A stretch of DNA of 64,000 bases from Spirogloea muscicola (Eukaryota). Made by a program: the position numbers and the translations under genes. This document shows, in pieces, positions 1 through 12,018 of the stretch (its first letter is position 1; each line of letters opens with the position of its first letter). The stretch spans positions 99,542-163,541 of the forward strand of contig WELB01000004.1 in assembly GCA_009602725.1 (NCBI GenBank), written 5' to 3'. The notes below the pieces were generated by a model. It saw only the letters and a list, made by a program, of their open reading frames with translations. It did not search any database and was not told the DNA's origin.

Positions 1-149
1 CGGCGGCGGCGGCGCGTCCCCTGGTGCGCAGCCGCCACGCGGCGGCGGCCTGGGGGCTGGCGCGAGCTGCGCCGGCCAACGCGGCGTGACACCCGGAGAC
101 TGGCGGAAAGGGCGGAAAGCCTTCTATCTCACATGCATGGGACAGCTCG

Positions 150-230
150 CCCAATTCAACGGCACTGGCTCTCCCCATTGGGCTGGCCTTCTCACGGCAG
201 TCGCCCCCCACTGGGGAAAGACCTTCCTGG
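150..230 (+). mobile_element. Degenerate subfamily C fragment upstream of the CHRD gene
   Basis: ttgggctggccttctcacggcagtcgccccccactgggga resembles the C consensus; tgggctggccttct is identical to ~21959-21972. Confidence 0.4.
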
Positions 231-658
231 ACGTTATCTCGCCGTTGTGGCCCTCCCGTCGGCCCAGCGCACGCTTGGGCCCCCGTTGGCGAGACGGCCC
301 CCACCGCGGGGGCCAACCGGGGCCCCACCGCCGTTGACCGCCCCCCGCCCTCCATAGCCCGCCCCGCCATAGCCTGGCCCGCCGCCTGTGGCCCCCTCCC
401 CCCGCCCCCACCGCCCGTACTTCCGCCAGCCTCCGTCCCCTCACCGCAAGCGGCACCTCGGCGGCGGCGGCGGCGGCGGCGGCTTCGCCATTGCCAAGGC
501 TCCTACAGCGACGCCGCGTCCTCGTCTCGGCGCCAGGTCCTCGGGACAGGGTCATTGGGAGATATCGTGCGGTGCCGGATCCTGGAGGCGCGGAGGAGGA
601 GGCCATCCCCGGCGATCCGCGAGCTCTGAAGCCGGCGGGGGCGCCTTCGCCGCCCGCG

Positions 659-3600
659 ATGGCGCGCGCCGGGCTGGCGCTGGTGGCGGCCGCGGCGGTC
701 CTGGCCGTGGCGCTCCTCGCCGGGCCGGTGGCCGCCTGCACCATCAACAACATCACGACGGGCGCCACCAACTTCGACTGCTGTGAGCACACGACTTGCC
801 CGCTTTCACGTCCGGAACTGGTGGCCGTAGGGGTCCTCTTGCGCTCGTAAGGTCCTGACGTGAGGCCCATGAGAGGCGAGTGCCACTCCAAATCGCCGCC
901 AGCCCCAGATGGAGAATCTGTGAGTTAGCAGGGCCCCCAGTCGAACCTGAAGCGCTTAGTAGCGCGAGGGCACGGCGACGGGGTCTGAGAAAGTCCCAGG
1001 TGCAAACAGTCACAGAGTGCCGGAGGAATATTGCACTTTGGCCCCACCTCTGCTGGAACGTGCTCAAGGGCTCCGGATGAGCCAGTTGGGGTCTTCAGAG
1101 CAGCACAAGGCTCCGACCTGTCGTATGCATCAGTCATTGATAGTCGCCACTGCATGCTTGTTGCCACTGGCGATGACCATCTTGGCTCGAGTAGTCTCCA
1201 TGCCCTGCCCATTGTGGCTGGCAACTTTTGCTGCTGTTTTTGAGTGATGAGAGCGACGTTGTGAAGGTGGGGTGACGTGCCATGAGGGCCCTTGATTTGG
1301 CAACCTGCCACGCAGTCAAGGGACTCAAGTGGGCCGGAGAACTTCGGGAGTGGTCGATGGTAGCCAGGCACCATGACTTGGTCTTTCCACATGCTCGTCA
1401 ACCTGGGTTGACGCCTGCTGCTCCTGATGTGCAGTGTTGACGATGGCTACGCTGGAGACGGAGCACGTCGTCCCAGCGCCAGGCGGGAGCAACGCGTTTG
1501 TGGGCACTGTTGACCTTCTGTGGGGGGCCACCAAGATGTGCTGGCAGCTCAACGTGCCCTCGTACCCGCTGCCGATAGGCGCCGCCAGCCTGATCCTCTA
1601 CAAGGGCGTGGCCGGCATTAATGGGCCGGAGTATGTGAACATCTTCCAGAGCAGGTGCGCATCCACTGAGGTGGCTTGCCTTTCTTCCTGCTTCGTTGCA
1701 GGTAGTTTTTTCAGAGGGAACTTCTAAGATTTTAGCAAGCACATTTCTTGGATATCTCTAGGAGTTTGTTTTTGTGCTCCCTTAAGCTGTGCTCATAATT
1801 TGGGCTACTCAGAGGACTTGCCTAGGGAGTGGTTCATCGATTTGGAGGGCTTGGCGAAGGCGCACAGGAAGTTGCTGGCCTCATTGTCTAGGAGACCGGC
1901 GCTTTTGGCAGCACCCTGAGTGTCAAAGAGGTGGCAAGAAGTTGGAAGCTGAGAGGTGCTTGTACCTTGTTGATTGCAGCAACAAGATTCCGCCTGGTGG
2001 TTGCCAAATGTTTGGCTCCGACTTGGTCTCGGCCCAGCTCTTCACCAACCCTTCTGCCTACTACGCTGTTTTGTCGTACCCCGGTGGTGAGCGCAGCATT
2101 CGCGTGTTGCACTATTGTCACGTGAATTTTTCTGATAGCTTATTTCTACACTCGTTGGTGGCAGGCTCGTTTGTGATTGAGCAGACATTTTCATAGTACA
2201 GCTTCATTACGCTGGTATTGGCTGTTCCCTGACATACTTGGACGATGTGGGCAACTTTCTCCTTTGTGCAGTCACTGCGAGGGGGCAGATTATGACAGAA
2301 CCTAGACTTCTTGCCCGCATGGAGTCTGCTCTGATTTCCCCTCCCCCAGTCGGACCCAGCATCGGCAACGCCTTTGGAGATATCTTCTACCAGTACCAGA
2401 ATAACTCATATGGGCCCCAGATTTGTTATTTCATCAAGATCGACAGCAGCATTGACGTTGCCACTATCACGTCCATCAACATCTTTGCTGGGAGCTTTGG
2501 TGTTGTCCCAAACACCACTAGCAAAGCCCTTATGGTTGTCTACAATGGAGCACCACCTAGCTCCACAGTGACTGGCTGCACCAAGACTAATGCTGCCGTT
2601 GGGTACCTACCTGATTACCCTGTACCACCGGGCCAGAATGTTGAATTCCTGGGGTCACCCGCGCGAGCACAACCGATTGCCTATTTCATGGACATCCGGA
2701 CCACAGCAAATCCTAAGGTACTTATTGCCCAGCAGTTCCTCTTGCTGTTGAAATACGCTATTGTTAGCAGGTGCTGTTGAAGTCTAAGCCTGGGCCCTTC
2801 AAATTTGTATAAACTCTTTGGTTGATTTTTGCACGACTTATCCAAGTAAAGCACAGTCAAGGTGACAGGTTGACTTGTTACTTGCATTTCCTGCGCTTGA
2901 CGTAGTCATCGCTGATGTGATTTGCCAGGGCGTCTGTCGTGGTCAACTTGAAACAAAGGTACCCTTAATGGCAGCCCTTTCCGGGCCAGGTGGATCTGCG
3001 AGTGTCAGGTAGGACAATGCAAGGGGTGTGCCTTTCCTGAACTTCCGTAGTTCTCACCGGTGAATAGATGTTGGAAGCCGTGAATTATTGCGCAGTATGT
3101 TGGCTCAGAAGCTTCCATATGTGCCTGAGTGACTTTATATCTTGCCTTGGCAACCATAGGCTGGTGCTTGGCAATGGCGGCATTGCATACACTTTCTCGC
3201 CATCGGGGAACGTTGGGACTCCGTTGGAGCTGCACATCACAGACCTGAGCAGCCCCCCCAGCTTTGTCATCATAGTTGCCAAGGCTGACGTGAACAACAG
3301 CCTAAATTTTGCCTCGTCTGGGTACACCAACGTGCCAAGTCAGGACACTCTGACAAGCATGTTGAGGATTCCCAGCAACTACCGCGTGGTTCTTCACACT
3401 CTTGAAAACCTAGGAGGTATGTACTTGTAGATGTCCTTGTACTTCTTATTGGATCCCCTGCTATCTGAGTGGCCAATCTGCTTGGCTAGCCAACGTGCTA
3501 CTAATTTGTATGTAGGCATTCAAATTCGCTCCAGACACGGTTTCATTAGTCTAACAGGTGGCTGACTTGGTACATGTCTTGCCATGGTAAGGGCTGCTTT

Positions 3601-3714
3601 CAACGATCAACTTCTCATGTTGTTTGCGGTGCTTCTGGTGCAGGTGCCATGTCAGGCACGTTGGTTTATGTGCCCCACACCCTTGCGGGTGGTCAGTGTT
3701 GCGATGGCACCTGA
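659..3714 (+). CDS. Secreted protein with three tandem CHRD-like domains (~434 aa, 7 exons)
   Basis: Exons 659-782, 1435-1654, 1980-2086, 2272-2717, 2929-3008, 3160-3416 and 3644-3714 join in frame through GT-AG introns (1305 nt). N-terminal signal peptide MARAGLALVAAAAVLAVALLAGPVAA. CHRD-like motifs recur: LETEHVVP..GTVDL..MCWQLNV..YKGVAGINGP, NPSAYYAVLSYPGVTARGQI, AYFMDIRTTANPKGVCRGQL, IPSNYRVVLHTLENLGGAMSGTL. Confidence 0.75.
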
Positions 3715-4684
3715 CCTCACTTCTCACATCTGTAGAAACGAGATGGCTGGTCAGCCCTTCTGGGCGTCATTTTTGGGCCTTAGACCACGGTAGCATGCCT
3801 TGCTATGAGCAAGCAAGCAGTGGTTCCTTCATCATCCCTCTGTGTTACATAGTCTGGCCAACCAATAAGAGTTGCAGGCTCTGCCCGGGAATTTTCTGGG
3901 CACCCTGAGCTGTAAGCTACTACAACTCAAGATAACAACCGGCCAATCTCTTCAGGCCATGCATCTACACAAAGCTGGTGTTGCCAGCATCACAGATAGT
4001 CAAGTCGGACCAGCCGAGCCTGCTGCTTCCAGGCTCAGCTGCCATACTCGACTGGTGGAGTGTGGAGAGTGTGCAGGGATGACAATTCTTACCTCTGCTA
4101 TATGGGGTGGAAATAAAGCTTCTTGCAGTGTGCTAATGCATGTTGCACACTTTGCATGCCCTTTGCTTCCATTTTTCCCCAGTGACTTGTGATAGTGAAC
4201 CAGTATGCGACTCAGCTACCGTGCTTTGCTTTTGGCAGTGGCTATGTAGAAAGCGCTTGTTGGTTGGCTTCTTCCTTGACGCAATGCATCACTCAAGCTC
4301 CAGCCTGAGTCTACTTCACTTGCAATCAATAGGCTGGCAGAATGAGCGGTGCTGAGGTGCTTGCCACAGCGTGCCACCTTGTTTTGTCACCAGGTTTGCT
4401 GGCGTGCTCCACTTCATGGTGTCAGTTTGCTTCACCTCATGTGTCCCCTGCCCCAGTAACTTGACTGCGAGATCCAACATCCATCCTTTGTGCCCATAGG
4501 ACCGACGAAAAAAACAGTAGCAGCCTCTTCAGGTAGCCCGCCCCAATGCAGTGGAGATGGAGGTGGGCTGGTTAGTGACTCGGATGCATTTGATGATGCT
4601 GATATCAGCAACGCTCAATGTTGCAATTTATCAGCACGTTAAGCCCGTGTCGAAGGTCGAAGTACCTCTCATCCACCAGACCAT

Positions 4685-7611
4685 TCACACACGCCTTGTC
4701 TTGTCGAGAATTTCTATATGCTTCTTGGGGATCCCGTAGTGCTCCACCAGGTACTTGCCCAGGTCCTCCAGCACGCCACCCTGCACCTGCACCTCGAACT
4801 GGTCCTTCTTACCTGCAATGTCAGCCGACTACAATCAGAGGGCTCAACAACCTGAGACAGGCCTTGTCTGTGCTACTGCATTGTGAAATGACACACCAGG
4901 ACAGGCAGCCCACCGGGGAGCTCCGACACCGAGGTGCTGCTGGCAAACTTCTTCTGCAGCTCCGAGGCGAGAGCGTGAGGGTCGACCAGGAACGACTCCA
5001 CGCCCGACACCTTGGTGACCTTCTTGTTGCCCTGCCGGCGCTCCACGAGTATGTGCACGCTGTGCAGCTGCCCGCGGCGCACCACGCTCTCGCTGCCACG
5101 ACTCACGCGGTGGTGAGCCTGCATGCGCGCCACAAACGCGGCCGCCACGTCTCGCCGGTGCAGCTCCGTCGGGTACGCCGTGCCCTTCTTGACGGCGCCC
5201 TTGAGGAGGGCGTCGCACAGCGGCGCATCCAGCACAACCATGGCTGGGTCGGCGCCGCTTTGCAGCTTCTCCTGCTCCACATAAGCAGCGGCGACTGCCG
5301 CGGCCTCGGCGGCCGTGTAGTAGCGTGCCAGGTCAGCCCCGACAGCCTCCACGATAGGCGCGACGTGGGACGTGACCTTCCACACCTCCACGACCTCAAC
5401 CTCTGCAATGCCCGCAGCATTCCCCCGCTCTTTGACAGGGCCGTCATCGGTGGGCCCCGCCGTCTGGGCCTGCTCCGAGCTGCTCGTTGCTTCAGGGAGC
5501 TTGAATGCCCGGTAGTCTTCATGGCCGCGGTTCACGGCGATCACCATCACCTCCTTCCGGTGCCGGTCCTCCTTGCACACCAGCTGCATTGCCAACATCT
5601 CGCGGATTTGAAATGGGTTTGGTGAAGCCCTGCTAGAGCCGAATGCTTAGCCTCTAGTTGCTAGGCATATTCTGCACGCAAGAGCTACAAGGTCTCCAAG
5701 ATTTGCTGCTCCAAGCAGTGAGGGCACTCCTCAAGCAGCCAAGAGGGCCACCCACGGTGCTCACCAGACCGCGGGCCGCCTCAGCCTGCAGCCACTTGGA
5801 GAGCTTCTTATGCGAAGACTTCTTGATGTCCAAGACAACTCCGCTGGGCCGCGCAGGGAGGATGTGACTTGACCTGATGTTTCACACAAGAGTAGTCAGT
5901 AGAACTTCAAAAGCTAAGTACTTTGCGCATATGCAGGGCGATGCAGCATTGGCCAATCGAGCAGGGAGCAATTAGTAAGTACCAGAGAGTACTGGAGGCC
6001 AGCGGCAGGTCCTTGTCCTTGACGCTGGTCCGCAGCACCCGAAGGAGGCAGTCCTCCAGCAGCTGGTCCATGTCCGCCGCGCTCAGCGGCGCTGCAGCGC
6101 CCAGAGCAGGCGACCACACATTCTTCTCCTCGTCTGGCTCGCCGTGGGTCTCCTCGTCGATCGACAGGCGGGTCACGCCGCCAGCGACCTCCGGGTCCGG
6201 AGTGCCCTTCTCCGGTGGCTGCTTGTCATCCTCCTGCTGGTCCTTGACGTGGCCGTTGCCATCGCCCGAGCCTGCCGGGAGGTCTGGTGGTGGCGCAGCC
6301 CGTGCAGGGTCCTCGACAACAATGCCGTCTTGGAAGCCATCGTTGGGAACGTAGCGGCCCTCAGCATGCTCCCTGGCCGCCATTTTCATGCAGAGATGTA
6401 CGCTTTAGCAGAATTGCGCACGAGCTCGTCACAACGAACTTCGGTTCCCAAAGAGGAGAGCAACAACAAGGGGCCTGAGGGAGGGACGGAGACCAAGCCA
6501 TTGAGTCGGAGCTTGATCGCGCACCACAAGGTGTCGCCGTAGTAGTGGATGACGTGAAGGGCCTTGCCACGCATCGACGTTCTGGTCGCGTCGCCGCTGC
6601 TCAACATCGTCGTACCAACCTAGGTGAATTTGCACGCCGTCACTCCCACCATCAGCACCGTTGCCACAGCCAGCTGCGGCGGCTGCGGCAGCAGCTCTCG
6701 CAGCTCCGCAGCAGCGAATGCAGCTCCGCAGCAGCGAGCTCAGGTCGGAGGTGCCAGAGGGCTCAAGCGGATTCGGACCTGGACTCACCGCGATGGGGTA
6801 GTTGTTGTCGGGCACGCGCACGGCCCAGGGCTCGCCCTCGGTGAAGCTGGGGAGGCCCTCCGGCGGCACGCGGACGCCAGGGAGCATGAGGTCGGCGCCG
6901 CCGAGGATGTAGCGCGACACCTCGCCGCCCTTGAGCTCCAGCGCCGGCAGCATCGACGGCGCCTTCCACAGCGCGTACACTGCCACGGCGCAGGCCCCCG
7001 CCGCGGCTTGGCTGCCGTCAGTGCTGTGTCAGTGGCTGCCGTGGGTAATGTACGTCACCGGATGTGCTTGCCGCTGTCCTTAGCCACTTTGGCCTTCCAG
7101 TAATCCCATACAGGCAAGTTCCGTCAGACGGGCGCTGGGGCTCGTCAGCCAGTGGCTAGCTCCCATGGTGGCTGTAGAAGGATGCAGGAGATAGCAATAC
7201 GAAGGCGGCAGCAACGGCGGCAGGCCTCGTCGGCAGTGGCGGCGGCATAACCGGCGGTGGTGGCGGCGGTGCTCACTCGTCGGGAAGAGGTCGTGGCCGC
7301 GGCCGTCGGCGTCGAAGAACATGGGCGGGCCGCCCTCGACGGTGTACACCAGCGCGCGGCTCGCATACTTGGTCACCACGACCTCCAGCTGCACAGCACC
7401 GCCCGTCGCCGGCGTCAGCGCCAACGCCGCTGCCGCCGCCGCCGCAGCCGCCGCCGCCGCCGCGGCGGGCGCTCACCTTGGCTGGCAGCAGGAGGTCGAG
7501 GTCGGCGTCGCGCAGCGCGGGGAAGCGCTCCTGCAGGCTGCGCCGCAGCTTCTTGCGGTCCGCGCCGGACAGGCGCTGCTGCAGCCGCACCTCGCTGGCC
7601 TTCTTGAACAT
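4685..7611 (-). CDS. EIF2D: Eukaryotic translation initiation factor 2D (ligatin; PUA, SWIB/MDM2 and SUI1 domains)
   Basis: Starts MFKKASEVRLQQRLSGADRKKLR. PUA motif ILGGADLMLPGV; LDIKKSSHKKLSKWL; SWIB-like VVLDAPLCDAL; SUI1 ERRQGNKKVTKVSGVESF...ELQKKFASSTSV; last exon VQVQGG...HYGIPKKHIEILDKTRRV* with stop at 4685-4687. Confidence 0.95.
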
Positions 7612-7699
7612 GGCCGGCGGAGGCGAGGCGCCCGGCGCCCGCGGCCGGCGGCGGCGGCGGCGCCTGCGACTGGCGGCGGCGGCGGCGCGGGCTGGCCCA

Positions 7700-8140
7700 G
7701 TGAAGGTGAATGCAGCTGCTGACGGTGAAAGAGCGACGTTGTGGAAGCCAGCCAAGTGTACACAGAGGGTGTTCGAGACTGTACTAGCGGAGCCGCTAGG
7801 CAGACAGGGACTGACGAGAGGCGATCGGCGCGCGGGAGCCGTCTCGAGACGGTGGCAGAAGCGGCGGCAAACGGCCCGACGGGGACGACGAGGCCACGAG
7901 ACGAGGACAAGACCGCGGGTTGGGATCGGAACCACGAGAGAAGGCGCGCGCGGCGCACACGAGATGCAAGGGTGGCCGCTTCAAGCCATATACATTGTCA
8001 GGCAGAAGGTACTGCTAAACGTGGGGCTACATGAGACGAGGCCCTGTGCTAAGGTGGCTAAGGTAACAGTGAAACGGTTGACGGTAGTACCCACTGGTGA
8101 GCACGTAGACATAACAAGTCGTGTGTTGATGGAGTGCTGT
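7700..8140 (-). mobile_element. Two stacked non-LTR 3'-end fragments (subfamily B ~7700-7830; subfamily A ~7935-8140) just upstream of EIF2D
   Basis: gccagccaagtgtacacagagggtgttc matches ~22674-22701. tcaagccatatacattgtcaggcagaa and taaggtggctaaggtaaca..acccactggtgagcac match 11480-11560; the peptides compare as STCSPVGTT..VTLATL vs DLCSPVDTSVTLGTL. Confidence 0.6.
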
Positions 8141-8660
8141 GTGGTCAAGTGCGAAGGCAAGCACGTCTGCAGATGTACATGACCTGCTGCTAAGCCGACC
8201 CGCTCGATAACCACGGGTCAGCAAGTAGAGATCCGTCGCTAATCAACGTCCGACTACAAATGAAATGAGCAGTGCGTCGAGACCACATAATGTAACTATG
8301 CTCTCAGATGCTTTACAAAGAAGTCGTGCACCCGAGGCAAGCAGCTGCATCCTCCCAGCCTTGCTTTCTAAAACTGTCACCAACAAACTGCCGCTCAAGC
8401 AAGTACATAAGCACAGTACTTCCTGGCATGACCGCCTGTCCTGCAGCAAGTGCAGCTTGATGCAACGGGAGGAGCACAAAAGTGATGCCGTCGACAGCCG
8501 CACTTAGCGCAATTCCTGATCGGCTGATTGTGACAGAAAGGTCGCGTGGAGCGGCTGTGAAGCCTCGACTTGTCAAGCGCACTTGGAGTGTCCAGGTCCA
8601 TAGAAGATCCACGGGAGGTGCAGGATAGAAATGGGGCAACCTTTCCGATGCAACCGCACC

Positions 8661-10757
8661 TCACTCCAAGTGCGTCATCTGGTCATACCCCATCAGACCA
8701 ACATTAGCAAGCCCTTGATCTCAAGACATGCGGCACTGTCTGCTCATTCATCTCGCATATACAGCAACCACTTCATCTAGCAACAGGACTACAAGAGGAG
8801 ACAACCAGAGAACAGGGGGGGAATAGCGCAGCAACTTCGGCACGTGTGTGCTTCGGCTGATACATGCAAGGAATTGCCGTGAGAAAATCTTGTTGGTGCC
8901 AGTAAAAGGCCTATAGCTGCACAATAGGATTGCATGGCCAACCTTCCAAAGACCGTCATTGAGCGAGTGCATGTTCTCAACTCCAATTCCCTTGTTGATC
9001 TTCAGCCTGTGCAGTGGGCAGTATTGAGCTGCTCAGCATGACATGGTGAAGATAAGCATGTTGACAGCAGTTATCAGCCCATGTGACAAAGATGCGCACG
9101 AAGGGCAGCAGCCTGGAGATTGTACATGTCCTCTGCCGACATCTTGGTGAACCCAATCCCGAGCGCGTGCTCCTTGCCCTCAGCATGCACTGCCTGAACA
9201 GGCGATGGCCGATGGCAGCTTCAGCATTACGAGCTTGGTGCTTGTCAGTTGCTGTTGCCAGCTAGGGTTCAACAACCAAACATTGCTCATAAACAAGCGA
9301 GCAAAGGGCCTGAGCTTCACAGAGNCGCGGGGGGGGGAAGACAAACAGGATCAAGGAGAAGTTAGAGCTCCACAGCGTGGAGCGGAGCAACACCGAGTTG
9401 GAGGTAAAAGGGAGAAGACTGATGCTTAAGTTCCACCTCTTACAGTGGACCATGTCATCACTGAAAGCGGCAAAGCCGCCAAAGTCTGAGCCCTACCACC
9501 ACCCCTGTTCAGCAGCTAAATCTCTGAGGTCCTCGAAGCTTGACATTGCCATTACTGCGCATGGGGGGGAGTGTGAGCGGGGGGGGGGGGGAGGGTGCTC
9601 ACATTGGTGCAGCAGCCGCAGCGTCGGCATGTATGGCCCGTCGCGCACGTTGAAGAAGAGTGGCACGTTGTTCACCACCACCAGGTTCAGGTGGTTCTGG
9701 CTGCGCACATGCTCAGCCAAGGGATGATGATGCTGTAGCTCAGGCCGTCACTGCCAGCAGTCATCTTCTTCTCTCATGATTGTTGCAACTGTCAACAGTA
9801 AGAAAGCTTGCACACAGTCCCCGGCTGCCAAACAAACACTATAAAGCTCCTACACGGCAAGAGATTCAGTGAGGAAAGAGAGCCGGCAGCTGTTGCAATC
9901 AGCAGCAGCAGCTGCTATTTACAGGACAATTGTCATAGGAAAAAGTGGGCACTAGTTGCAGTTACAAGTGGCAGTGACCAAGAGCCAAGTGCCTGTTGGC
10001 GACCTCGGATTCAGGATGGCTCTCACCATTTAGCAACGGTAAGTGGGGCCTTCTTTGGCAGGAGGTCATCCAGGACCGGCTCCAGCAGTGGATACTGCAG
10101 CCGCCGCAGCCGCCGCCCAGGTACGCAGAAGAGAGCGTGGCGAGGACCCCCAAACACATCAGGCTGACGCAGGCAGCTTGAAACCCTAACCCCCAAACCC
10201 TAGGCCCAAAACCCTGAACCCCACCCAGTATTGCTGACTTCCGAGCGTTAATTTGCAATATCCCAAAATTTTGTGGACTGAAAACCCACAGAGATTGACT
10301 CTAAAACCCAAAGCTTTATCCGCAACCAGTCCAGCCCTACTCCATAGCATAAGAGGTCGCTTGCCGCCTGCAGAGGCTTTGCACTGCCGTCTAGCCTCCA
10401 CGTTGGCGGCACAGGGAGATATCATCGTCGTCGCCGTTAGCAAGCCTGGCGTGGCAGCGGGGGCCCTCACCTCCTCGCCAATACTCTGGCGGATCCTGCG
10501 CTGCACCGACGCCTTGACTTGATTCTGGCCCGAAACCTCCTCCGCCGTGAACCTGGGGCCCCTCACAGCCGCAGCAGGAGTTGCTCACTTTGGCCATCCA
10601 GAGGTACATATTCTGATTATACCAGGATTTGGGCTTATCGGCAGCCGCAAACTTATCAGGCATGCCAAATAGGCACCTGCCTGCGGCCGGACTTAGAATG
10701 TGTAATTGCGATGGGTAGGGGTTTTGAGAGATGCCAGGTGACTCACTTCTTGAACAT
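8661..10757 (-). CDS. MCTS1: MCT-1/Tma20 PUA-domain translation reinitiation factor (one internal exon missing at the N at 9325)
   Basis: Exons give MFKK|FTAEEVSGQNQVKASVQRRIRQSIGEE|YPLLEPVLDDLLPKK...|QNHLNLVVVNNVPLFFNVRDGPYMPTLRLLHQ ... AEGKEHALGIGFTKMSAED|LKINKGIGVENMHSLNDGLWK|MTHLE*. The expected VDRGAIKFVLxGANIMCPG segment is not visible. Confidence 0.93.
10181..10225 (+). repeat. Telo-box cluster in MCTS1 intron 2
   Basis: aaaccctaacccccaaaccctaggcccaaaaccctgaacccc contains two AAACCCTA motifs and a GGCCCA site-II-like motif. Confidence 0.55.
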
Positions 10758-11044
10758 CTCTGGGGTGCCGGGGCCACCGCCTGTGGCGGCAGGAGAGTGG
10801 CCTTTCACGGAGGCCCGCGATGGGCTGCCGCCGCTTACGCCATGGCCGCCTAAGGCGTCTGGACGGCTCCTGGGCTGGCGCCAAATGCCAGGTGCCAAAG
10901 GCGGGCTGCGCGACTGCTCAAGTGGGGGCGGACGTCTCGGCCGAGGCTGACGGCGGCGGCGGCGGCGGCGGCGGGGGGGCCTTGGCAGGCCCCGGTAAGT
11001 GCGGCGGGTAATACGGGGACACAGTCACCGGATGTATGGGGGCC

Positions 11045-11212
11045 TCCTGATTCATTCTTTTTCTGGGCTTGGCCGATCAGTTTTGCTTTTGATCATAGCC
11101 ATCGACGTCTACGGGAGGAGTCCATCTCCATGTCAGTTCCTCGTCGACTTCTTTCGGGCTGGCATTTCACAGCCCACGACCCCATTGGAGAATGCCACGT
11201 CCTTTTTTCTCA
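11045..11212 (+). mobile_element. Subfamily C non-LTR 3'-end fragments (one degenerate, one with an intact hairpin)
   Basis: ttctttcGGGCTGgcatttcaCAGCCCacgaccccattggagaatgccac..ttttttct aligns with the reverse complements of 17622-17690 and 22861-22930. Confidence 0.6.
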
Positions 11213-11440
11213 GTGCCCGAGCACATCGAGGGACAATGGCAATGCCGTTTCTGGCCGTTGCTCAGCTCTCTCTCCCTCTCGTTCTGGGACATACCGACGA
11301 GATCGCGGGGTGCGCCGGCAGGCGTGACAATGGTCCTTTCCGTCTGGTCAAAACGGCTTGTGGGGCGGTCAGAAAGAGTACAGTAGATGGTGTCAGACCG
11401 ATCTAAGACCTTATCGCGAGACACGACTGGGTAGCGGCGG

Positions 11441-11849
11441 GGGGAAAGCGCGCGGTGCGCATGAAATTGAAAGGGAGGCTTATTCAAGCCAATACATTGT
11501 TCAAAGCAGAGGCTAGTTAAGGTGCCTAAGGTGACACTCGTATCCACGGGAGAGCACAAATCTGACAAGCTAACTTGGGGAGCTGGAGCGCCACCACGAG
11601 AGCCGGAGGCCTGACTTAGAGCACGCCCTGCACGTTGATGAATAGCCAATGCTTGCGAGCGCTGCAAACTAAGCGAGAGCAGCATTCTATAATATGCAAC
11701 TAAGGCCTGCGGAATGCTGGAGTGGCCCAAGCTGCCCCCCCGACTTCGACGACGCGCATCAACCAGCCGGGCCAGATGCTGGAGCAGGGAGGACCATTTT
11801 GCGCAGTAGCCTCCGTAGATATCCATGGCACACGCACGGGGAAAGCGCG
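11441..11849 (-). mobile_element. 5'-truncated RLE-type (CRE-like) non-LTR retrotransposon fragment with a 12-bp flanking direct repeat (subfamily A)
   Basis: GGGGAAAGCGCG occurs at 11441-11452 and 11838-11849. The AT-richer insert encodes CAMDIYGG..SLLQHLARL..VAYYRMLLSLSLQRSQALAI..VSLSDL, resembling the C-terminal motif that follows the RLE endonuclease. Its 3' end recurs at ~7940, ~22530 and ~22800. Confidence 0.7.
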
Positions 11850-12018
11850 GACGGCGTCGGTGTGGCGGTCGGGCGAGGGCACCCCGGTCCACCCTCCGCC
11901 CCTAACCCCTATCTCTAGAAGGACTCCCTGACATCACCAAGCTCGCCGCGCTGGACACCAGCGCCGCCTGGCGCAGGCCCCTCTGCCATGGGCGCGGCGG
12001 CGGACGTTGCGTGATTGG

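Noticed and set aside
4597..4610. Perfect palindrome TGCTGATATCAGCA
   Set aside because: A few 14-bp palindromes are expected by chance in 64 kb.
4618..5625. 335-aa + strand ORF
   Set aside because: Antisense to an EIF2D exon with high GC3; no recognisable motifs.
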